18,729 nucleotides of DNA from Fidelibacterota bacterium (lineage in GTDB: Bacteria > Fidelibacterota > Marinisomatia > Marinisomatales > UBA2128), in contig JBHHUM010000038.1 of the NCBI GenBank assembly GCA_046861645.1, positions 1-18,729 on the forward strand, in the 5' to 3' direction. The position numbers and the translations under genes were made by a program. Under the pieces are notes generated by a model. It saw nothing but the letters and a program-made list of their open reading frames with translations. It had not been told where the DNA came from and did no database searches. Positions 8,529 to 16,700 of this stretch are shown here, in pieces. How positions within the stretch are numbered: position 1 is the stretch's first letter; each line of letters opens with the position of its first letter.

Positions 8529-9433
8529 GGAAGAGTCATTCGTAGACTAAACAGATGGGGAATTCCCAACTGGTTTGAGCTAATCTCAAAGCCATAATCC
8601 ACTACAAATCTCCGCCAGGTTAAACCTAAACCCATAGCAACAGTAGTGACCTTGGGTGAAAAACGCGACCCAATAGTTAGACGAATATTGCCCACTGAAT
8701 TTTCTCCTCCTATCCTCAGTACACCGCCATGGAGATCGGAAAATTCTCCTCCGAGTACCAGCGATGTCTGCAGCGCTTCCCACTGCACTCCAAGCAGCCG
8801 GTCAGTATCCAAAGTCACTCCTACTACTGCGGTAGTTGGTAAATCTGGTGGGATACTGTCGAGGGCGTTCATTGTACCGGTATTAAGAACAGCACCCCCG
8901 ATGATCACTTGTTCATCGACCAGAGGCAGTAAAATTCCCACATCCGCTGACCATCCAGTAGATTGGTAAACATACGAATCGAGGTATATCCCGCGCCAGG
9001 ATACCCCCACCTGTAAATTCTTTATTTGCTTGCCCCATACCACTTCCAGGGTAGTACCGCTGGCTGAAAATAGAGCCATATAGTCATCAGTAGGTGTCTC
9101 AGTTCGAAAATGAAGATCAGTTACCCCCATATGTCTGACGCTCAAACCAACGGTACTTTGTCCAAATGATTCCACTAAAAGCACCGAACTACCGGTCACA
9201 CTGGAGAACCACGACAAATAACTGAAAAACAGTTGGTGAGCCGTTCCTACAATAAGAGCGGGATTACCTCGGGAAAGACTGGCATCTCCCTGAACACTTG
9301 CTGTCCTGCCTCCTAATGCCAATTCCCGGGGAGCAAAAGGAACAGTTAGAAATGAAGTACCAATGGCATTAACTGATGTTAACAGTAACATTACGATGAG
9401 CCAAGCTCTTACAAAAAGACGTGGGCCGAACAT
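8525..9433 (-). CDS. Divergent PorV/PorQ-family outer-membrane beta-barrel protein
   Basis: 302 aa with a signal peptide ending 'TSVNA'. The PorV signature is degenerate: 'FLTVPFAPRELALGG...GDASLSRGNPA'. Strand motifs include 'WSADVGIL', 'GGAVLNTG' and 'VVDYGF...HLFSL'. TGATG overlap at 9431-9435. Confidence 0.72.
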   Translation of the reverse strand: MFGPRLFVRAWLIVMLLLTSVNAIGTSFLTVPFAPRELALGGRTASVQGDASLSRGNPALIVGTAHQLFFSYLSWFSSVTGSSVLLVESFGQSTVGLSVRHMGVTDLHFRTETPTDDYMALFSASGTTLEVVWGKQIKNLQVGVSWRGIYLDSYVYQSTGWSADVGILLPLVDEQVIIGGAVLNTGTMNALDSIPPDLPTTAVVGVTLDTDRLLGVQWEALQTSLVLGGEFSDLHGGVLRIGGENSVGNIRLTIGSRFSPKVTTVAMGLGLTWRRFVVDYGFEISSNQLGIPHLFSLRMTLP

Positions 9434-10365
9434 CAGAAGGTAAACACATAGGTAAAAACGTGGGAGATTCCTTCACCGCGTTTTCCCAGAACAAAAGCAT
9501 AGTCAACAATACTATCATCTCGTTTAATAAGTGAATAGTTCAACCCGGCTCCTGCGGCAGGCATAAAATTATCGATACCAGCACGCAAGGCTACCCGGGG
9601 ATTTACCATAAATTCGGCACCTGCCCTGATGCGGTGAGCGGTAGAATATTTCCAGTCAGAGATTACGCTGTAGTCCCCGATTACATCAATATCTCTAAGA
9701 TGATAAACCATTCCTGCTCTAATCCACATGGGGAGCTTGTCCTGATAGGTCCGTCCTTCATCCCCAAAGAGTTCCGCTGTGTTCCAGTTAAAAGCAGTAC
9801 TGAGGTCCTGCAAAACCAGGCCAAATTCCATTTTAGGAAACCGACGCACAATTAAACCAATGTCAAATCCTGTTCCCCGACTTTGGCCCTTACTATCAAG
9901 GGGAAGGAATTGATAAAGCAGTTTCACATTTACACCAATACTGATCCCTTCCATAATCTCATTGGCAAAACTAAAAATAATAGCATACTCAGCTGCGGAC
10001 AGTGTACCGGTCTGGTGCCCGGAAGCATCCCGACCATCAATATTGTCCACTCCAGCCCGCAGCACACCCAATCCTAACCCGCCCGATGGTGGAAGGGCCA
10101 CAGCAGCAGTAGCAGAGATGAGGTCTCTATCCAGAGGCAGAAAATGATGGAACATGGACACATGTCTTTTCTCCAGGAAAACCAGAGAGGCTGGATTATG
10201 AAAAGCAGCCCAACCAGGATCTAATGACGCTGTTAATCCTCCACCTAAAGCCATCGATCGGGCCGTGGTACCCAAGCGTAGAAATCCTCCCGCATATCCC
10301 CCGATGTCACCTGCAAATGCAAACGTCAGGCAGAAAAGAATAGTAGCTATTAGTCGACGAATCAT
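9433..10365 (-). CDS. PorV/PorQ-family outer-membrane beta-barrel protein
   Basis: Start reassigned from 10389 to ATG 10365, which gives an ATGA overlap with the upstream stop and a clean signal peptide MIRRLIATILFCLTFAFA. Signature 'FLRLGTTARSMALGG...AAFHNPA', strands 'GFDIGL', 'AGAEF..VALRAG' and 'VDYAF', and a C-terminal Phe. Confidence 0.82.
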   Translation of the reverse strand: MIRRLIATILFCLTFAFAGDIGGYAGGFLRLGTTARSMALGGGLTASLDPGWAAFHNPASLVFLEKRHVSMFHHFLPLDRDLISATAAVALPPSGGLGLGVLRAGVDNIDGRDASGHQTGTLSAAEYAIIFSFANEIMEGISIGVNVKLLYQFLPLDSKGQSRGTGFDIGLIVRRFPKMEFGLVLQDLSTAFNWNTAELFGDEGRTYQDKLPMWIRAGMVYHLRDIDVIGDYSVISDWKYSTAHRIRAGAEFMVNPRVALRAGIDNFMPAAGAGLNYSLIKRDDSIVDYAFVLGKRGEGISHVFTYVFTF

Positions 10366-11969
10366 TTGACCACAATAAGTTTGACCCAATGATCTTCGTC
10401 GTCATAATTCAGGCGACAAAAGTATGGTCCATTAGCTACAGGGCGGCCATTACTATCTTTTCCATCCCATTTCAGAGCCCCCTGGTCACGGTCAAGCCAG
10501 TGATCATACTCCGCTACTTTCTCCATGGCAAAATTGTAAATCGCCACCTGAATAAGCTGAGATCGTCGGGCAGTATGATGAAAGCGGACATAACCATCAC
10601 CATCCAGAACATTATCTGAATAAGGTGAAAAGGGATTGGGGTATGCATAAACTTTTTGTGGCGTTATCTCGGTTCTGAATATCCCCCAGATGGACTCATT
10701 TTTTGAGGGATTTGGTGTTCTTGCCAATCCATCTGGTGTCCCCACCCAGAGGGCCTGACCGTAATACGGTCGGGTATCATGCACAGCCGTATAAACCGTG
10801 TTGCTTAAAATTTCATCACTATTGATAGCATCTCGAGCCGGTTCATATAGTGCAAAATTCACACCATCTCCAGAACGCCAGAGACCGTTTTGCGTGGCAA
10901 CATACACCAAGCTGTCCATAGCGGAGACATTATATGCCCGTTCTCCCCGTAGGGCTGTAACCGCGATCCAGCTTTGACCATCATCCGGTGTGTAGCTAAT
11001 ACCGTTAACTTCTCCAGCTTCATCCGCTCTGAGAGTAACCGCCCAGATACGCCGTTCACCATTGAACTTTTGCTGTGCTATGCCGACTACCCAGTTCCCC
11101 GAAATACCATCATCAGGATAGCGGTAATGCCGCCAATTAATACAGCCCGAATCATCCAAAATTCCCCGGTTGATACCCTTGGCTGTCCCTACCCATAGAG
11201 TGTCACCATAGGCTAAAACAGAAAACACCCGGTGGTTACGATTACCGCCAAGTTCCGGTTCTTGGGAGTTCAATTCAAAACCTGAATGATCAGCACCACA
11301 GAGAAATTCAGTAGCAGCATCTTCCGGCAGCGGTACTCGTTTCCACCCAGAAGATACACTATCCCGGGCAAGCCGGCGTAGCCCACCATAGAAGCTCGCC
11401 GCCCAGAAGTAATCACTGGTAATGGCCAGGTCATAGATGATATTGCCAATAGTCAAAGTAATGGGAAATGCAGAAAGTGAATCCCCTTCCCAGAAAAAAG
11501 TCGTATCCTCAGCGGCATCCCGGGGTTGAGCCAGAAAAAACCAACTACTACTCGTGGTATCTTCTGCATTAAAGTTAATTGCTATCCCATCGCCCTTCGT
11601 CTGTTGATCACCATTGGCTGTTGTGTCAGAGGCAAAAGCGACAATTACCGTATCTCCACTGGCGGCAATACCAGAGACAGCTGCTTCAGGCAAATCCTGA
11701 GATGTTTGACCTGATGTAACAGAAGCAGCTGTGTTGAAAGTAGCGATAGAGGTACTATCCCACATAACAGCAAGTCCACGCCCGGTACCAAGCCACACAG
11801 CGCTGTCACCCTGGGTTACTATCTCAATGATTACGTTACTTTGCAATCCGGAAATTGTGTTACCTGACGCCGCTGAGCTCCTCAACGTATAATCACGAGG
11901 AAGTAGCGTTTGCATGTGAACTAATTCAAATAAAAACGGTACCAAAACCGTAAGTAATAAACGCTTCAT
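10362..11969 (-). CDS. Secreted beta-propeller protein with T9SS/FlgD-Ig-type C-terminal domain (PorZ-like)
   Basis: Start reassigned from 12017 to ATG 11969 (ATGA overlap; signal peptide MKRLLLTVLVPFLF...). Repeated propeller motifs: 'VWLGTGRGL', 'FWAASFYGGL', 'LWVGTAKGI', 'VYVATQNGL', 'LWVGTPDGL'. CTD: 'YAYPNPFSP...IYNFAMEKV...WDGKDSNGRPVANGPYF...KLIVVK'. Confidence 0.75.
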   Translation of the reverse strand: MKRLLLTVLVPFLFELVHMQTLLPRDYTLRSSAASGNTISGLQSNVIIEIVTQGDSAVWLGTGRGLAVMWDSTSIATFNTAASVTSGQTSQDLPEAAVSGIAASGDTVIVAFASDTTANGDQQTKGDGIAINFNAEDTTSSSWFFLAQPRDAAEDTTFFWEGDSLSAFPITLTIGNIIYDLAITSDYFWAASFYGGLRRLARDSVSSGWKRVPLPEDAATEFLCGADHSGFELNSQEPELGGNRNHRVFSVLAYGDTLWVGTAKGINRGILDDSGCINWRHYRYPDDGISGNWVVGIAQQKFNGERRIWAVTLRADEAGEVNGISYTPDDGQSWIAVTALRGERAYNVSAMDSLVYVATQNGLWRSGDGVNFALYEPARDAINSDEILSNTVYTAVHDTRPYYGQALWVGTPDGLARTPNPSKNESIWGIFRTEITPQKVYAYPNPFSPYSDNVLDGDGYVRFHHTARRSQLIQVAIYNFAMEKVAEYDHWLDRDQGALKWDGKDSNGRPVANGPYFCRLNYDDEDHWVKLIVVK

Positions 11970-12841
11970 TGCACAACGACTGTTTTCATTACACCTATAC
12001 TGAAGTTGCTGCTCCAATCCTGGGCATAAAAGGTCCAGATATAGGTTCCAGCTGGAGTGCTGTTATCATAAACTATGACGTAGGCATAAGTACCGTCCTC
12101 CTTGACTTCATCGCCACTCGTTAAAGTCAGTAGATCTGATTGATAAAGGATCACTTCACCACCATCATCATAGAGATAAATGTAGTCTCCATTATTGGCA
12201 TAAGTACTGTCTGGCTTCAGAGATTTATATGCAACCCATTTTACATCATCCCTTCCATCAGGATCAGAAACTTGCACTCGTAACGTATCCAAATTAAATC
12301 CAGATGCTGGTCGATTCAGAGTATCTGGTACGATAAGTGAATCAATTTTCGGCATAATATTTCCCAGGCTAAAGGAATCAGCCTGTGTAAAATTTACAGC
12401 TCCATACACCGCCGTTATTTTTAGATAAACTGTTCCTGTATCGCCGTAGGTTAGCCCATTACTCAGTGCAGAGAGGGCAACCTTGCGGGAGTAACGACGA
12501 TCACCAGCCAGGATATCCCCCTGGAACCCCGAGTCATATAACAGGACAGAATCCGGGGTAGTCAAACTGAAACCAGACTTAGCATACCAGATCATTTTTA
12601 CTTCCCCAATCCCGGCACCACTGTAAAAGGTGCGTAGGTCAGCAGCGACAAACAGGGCCGAATCGTGCTGAAGATATGCAAAGCCTATATTACTGACTGG
12701 ATCAACGGCCTGTGAAGCATCAGATTCGTAGGGATTATTCACACAAGAGACCATAAATATCCCTAAAAGAACTCCGAAAAGAGGAAGATGTAGCCGCATA
12801 ATGCCGAGAATATAGATGTCCCTTATAAGTCTGACAATCAT
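11966..12841 (-). CDS. Lipoprotein with two choice-of-anchor-X-like Ig-type domains
   Basis: 291 aa with lipobox 'FMVSC' and two related motifs, 'LYDSGFQGDILAGDRRYS' and 'LYDDGG...GDEVKEDGTYA'. The start is either 12841 (ATGA overlap) or 12799 (MRLHL..., shorter signal peptide). Confidence 0.68.
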   Translation of the reverse strand: MIVRLIRDIYILGIMRLHLPLFGVLLGIFMVSCVNNPYESDASQAVDPVSNIGFAYLQHDSALFVAADLRTFYSGAGIGEVKMIWYAKSGFSLTTPDSVLLYDSGFQGDILAGDRRYSRKVALSALSNGLTYGDTGTVYLKITAVYGAVNFTQADSFSLGNIMPKIDSLIVPDTLNRPASGFNLDTLRVQVSDPDGRDDVKWVAYKSLKPDSTYANNGDYIYLYDDGGEVILYQSDLLTLTSGDEVKEDGTYAYVIVYDNSTPAGTYIWTFYAQDWSSNFSIGVMKTVVVQ

Positions 12842-13779
12842 TTATCGTTTACCGAACTGTACACATGATTAAGGAGTAATGTACCCACTTGCAGGAGGCT
12901 TTCAGAACTACACTTTTCGGGAGTATCTTCCAAAGTGTGCCAATAATTGAGATAACGGTTCGGATAGTCAAAATCGATAATATCCACTGCCGGAATCCCT
13001 GCTTCCTCATAAAGTACCACATGATCATCTTCTATAGCTTTACCCCGGCGGTTTATAAACGCATTAAGCCCTAGAATCTCGGCTTCACCCCACAATCTCC
13101 ACATGAGTTCAGGAGCCTGTCGCATAGAATTCCATTCCATCGGTAGCATCAATTCTGCATCGCCGATCATATCGATCAAAATGCAATATTTAGGAGGATT
13201 AATCGGAAGATTTCGCGCCAGGTAGCGAGAACCAACGAAGAAATTCTGTAGATCACCCGCTTTCCCCAGATCTTCTCCATCCAGAAATATCAAATCGATC
13301 CCCACTGGGGGTGGTATTCTCTTCATATGATTTGCCAATTCCATCAGTACTGCCACACCACTGGCGCCGTCATTAGCACCAAGAATAGGAGTTTTTCTAA
13401 ACTGTCGATTCCGATCTCTATCAGCCCAGGGGCGGGTATCCCAGTGGGTAGCAATCCAGATTCTCTCCTCCAATTCCGGTTGGAATTGAGCCAGCACGTT
13501 GGTTAATTCCCAACTCTCACCACTATAAGGATCAACATAGGAAAACGTCTGATTGATAACAGTGTCAGCTAACTGTTGTACATGATTGATTATGTATTGT
13601 AGACATTCACCATGTCCTGTTGACCCAGGATTACGCGGACCAAAATCACATTGAACTTCAAGATAATTCATTGACCGCTCACTATCAAATTCTGGAATTT
13701 CCTGAGACCAAAGCCCTGTTCCTGTCATTAGCAATACAGAGGTAGCTATAATAATCCTTATACGTCTTACGATCACCAT
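12838..13779 (-). CDS. M28-family zinc enzyme, probable glutaminyl-peptide cyclotransferase (animal/Bacteroidota-type QC)
   Basis: 313 aa with a signal peptide and motifs 'FGPRNPGSTGH', 'THWDTRP', 'GANDGASG', 'FLDGED', 'DMIG', 'IEDDH' and 'YWHTLED'. These parallel human QC GATDSA, DGEE, DLIG, IQDDH and WHTMDD. The M28 family call is firm; QC activity is inferred. Confidence 0.85.
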   Translation of the reverse strand: MVIVRRIRIIIATSVLLMTGTGLWSQEIPEFDSERSMNYLEVQCDFGPRNPGSTGHGECLQYIINHVQQLADTVINQTFSYVDPYSGESWELTNVLAQFQPELEERIWIATHWDTRPWADRDRNRQFRKTPILGANDGASGVAVLMELANHMKRIPPPVGIDLIFLDGEDLGKAGDLQNFFVGSRYLARNLPINPPKYCILIDMIGDAELMLPMEWNSMRQAPELMWRLWGEAEILGLNAFINRRGKAIEDDHVVLYEEAGIPAVDIIDFDYPNRYLNYWHTLEDTPEKCSSESLLQVGTLLLNHVYSSVNDK

Positions 13780-13787
13780 CTAAAGTA

Positions 13788-16700
13788 TTATCCTTGAATT
13801 GCAATATTCACATCAAAACCAAAATCACGGTTTATCTTTCGACCCACTCTGAACGCTTTACTTTCACGATACTCATACCAGATACCCCCAGTTACTCTAC
13901 GGGTAAATGAGTAAGTAATTTTAGGTGAAATTTTCCAGGATCTCTGCCATCCCGTATTCTGTAACTTACCAGCGGCGCCTTCTCTCTGTAGTGTCTCAGA
14001 TGAAGAGTAATCCACAGCCAGGGTAAAGTTAATTGTGTTCTCCAGATTAAAGTCTCTGAAAAAGAAGATGGGAATTTTTATTCCTCCTTTATGTGAGTAG
14101 TTGACTGTAGCAGTCCACGTCGTATCTAGGTTAACTCGAGTGCTTCTAAGCCCCCCCAGCGTATTGTCTATCGATTTAGTTCTGGAAAAACGCGTAGTAA
14201 ACGAAATGCCTTTAACCATCGTCATGGAGATCCCCACCATGGGTGAAAAGGAAGCCGAATATTTCGATGAAAGTATTTCATTGTCTTGCCATGTTTTGGT
14301 TTGTCTCCCTGAGAAGGCGTGTTCCAGCGATGCACTTTTAGCCACTAGTTTGATGAGCGGCCAATTCTCAATCCCTGACCAACGTAGGGTCCAACTGGGG
14401 AGTGCCAAACCATTATCCCCTGTACTTCCCAGAGGTACAAAATCCTGGGTAGTCGAGCGGGTCTCAATATTATTCCCGTCCACCCCCCAAGATTTATTAC
14501 TAGCATAACTAAATGTAGTCGTAATCTTACGGGTGAGAGATAATCCCGTTCGGAGAGTCATATCTTGCTGGTTACCTAAGGAACCCGTGTTTACGCCCAC
14601 ATCCTCACTATGTTCAAGCCCCAACTTTTGCTCAAATCCAAAACGATAGGGAATCGAGGGTGTACCCAGCACGCCGAAAGAGTTCTGGGCACGGCTCAGT
14701 GAATAGGTAATGCTGATAGGATTAATTTTTGTGGCCCCCTGGTATAAAACACCCAAAATTTTCTGCAAGCCCTCACTTTTAGGTTTCTTTGTCTCTTCCT
14801 CTTTTTTTTCTTTCCGCTCACCGACTCGTCGACCCCGTCGCCGGGAAGTAGATCGAGTCTTCTTGGGGGGAGTATAAACCGTCTCCAAAATCGTCTTGGG
14901 AGACAAGGTTAGTGAGGACGCTATCCTCGTCTGTGAAGTAATTTGAGCCCCTTTTGTAGTACTGTTGATAGGATCAGACCACCGGTAGTTGGCACTGTAA
15001 TTCATAGATGGTTTTAACCAGGTAAAAATTGCAGGTGTAAAATTGGTAGTGAAACTCTCGGAAACATCGGTAATGATACCGGCCTTCATTTCGCGCAGGG
15101 CATCTAAGTGTCGAGCTCTGTATTCATCCATGTCGCTTTTTATTGTCTTAGAATAATTCGTATTCAAGTTTTCCAAAATTTTATAACTGGCCTTAAAGGA
15201 TCGTGATAGACCAAGATTGTATGATTCTGGTACCGACTCACCCACTCTCTTGGTTATTTCAGAAAATGCCTCCGTTGCAGCCATAGAGAGATCTACTGAC
15301 GATGGTGTATAATAAAGGTGAGTATCAGCAATTTTAGTTCCCAACCAAGGAACCCCTTTCAGGAACTTCAATGGTGTCCAATAGTTATCACGACCAAAAC
15401 TCAAGTTGTAACTAACATTACCACTATAATTACGAGTATTAGTGAATTTTTGCTCATTTGAAGTAAAACCTTGAGTGCTTGAAAAACCCCCTTTTAATCT
15501 ATCAACAGTATACTTGGTCAGGAATTTATCAGATTTTGTTGATTTTGAGTAGGATGTAGAAAATGTTGTCTGACGACTGATAGTTAAAAGACTGTCCGGT
15601 GCCATTTCCCGATCCAGTAAAACATCGGTCCCCGGGGAATATTTAGGTATAGTCACATCTTCAGAATAACCCACATTCACTGGTAGACTTAAACCCCAAG
15701 CTTGAGGAAATAGTTTGTTCAGATTTAGACGACTATCGACTCGGAATGTCTCTCTATTAGAAAGTTGCCCTGAACCAAATCTCTCTTGTAGTTTGTGAAA
15801 ATCTGCCCCTTCCCTCTTGATAGTCATCGTAGCACTACCCAGGTCGGCCAGCGTTAAAGACGTTTGCAGGCGCATAGCTGCTCCGCGATCCTTACGGACA
15901 TTCGATAGACGTAGCTCATCAACCCAAACTTCTCCACTGACATCTTGCGATGTACTAAGGTTCCTTACTCCCATGATAAAATATTCAAGACGGTTTAGAG
16001 CAGGATTTCCCCTGATAAAATAGGTACGCAAGGTATCAACTCCTCCATTGTCAGTACTTACATACCTGCGTGTGGAATCAGTCACAACAAAGAGATCATG
16101 CTCATTTAACAAATTGATATTTGTGGTATCGCGAAGTTTCAAATGGGCCAGAAAGTTAAGATCAATCGTTATGACATTTCGGCCTTCATCTTCATCCCAA
16201 CCCCTGTAAACCGGTTGCCTGACTTCATAAAAAACCTCATCTAAACCATCAAAATGACCAAATCTAATGAAAAATTCCACATTCGTAGTATCACTCTTAA
16301 TGGTATTTCCCTTCCCATAAGTATAAAGTTTCATAGTTTTGTAGGCCATGTAGCTCTGGGCACGATCTTTCGTCAGTCGTGTAAGGTTTTTCTTGGCTGC
16401 CCCTTCTTCTCGAGGACTAAGATTGTTGAATTTCAAAACCAGCGATTGTTCCTTAAGACGAATCTGGTTTAATTGATCAAACTCCCCTTGCACACCCTTG
16501 GGGGGATCATAATCATCATTATCCTCTGTATTCACAATAGTAACAGCAAAAACGCTATCATTTAGTGTGTATTCTTCCTCATCTGCAGTTTTAACACCGA
16601 TTTCCTGCCATTCATTACCAACCAACTCTATCTTTGCTATGGCAATTTGAGCTTTATCCTCTACTCCACTGACAGTAAGCCGCATAAACCTGATCGTATC

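Noticed and set aside
10366..10389. ORF-track start at 10389 for the PorV/PorQ gene
   Set aside because: ATG 10365 gives an ATGA overlap and a clean signal peptide; the longer start overlaps the upstream gene by 28 nt.
11970..12017. ORF-track start at 12017 for the propeller gene
   Set aside because: ATG 11969 gives an ATGA overlap and a typical MKR-hydrophobic signal peptide; the extension lies inside the upstream gene.
6211..13074. Short alternative-frame or antisense ORFs inside the minus-strand genes (e.g. 6501..6917, 8646..8969)
   Set aside because: They are nested in supported CDSs with no independent evidence of coding.
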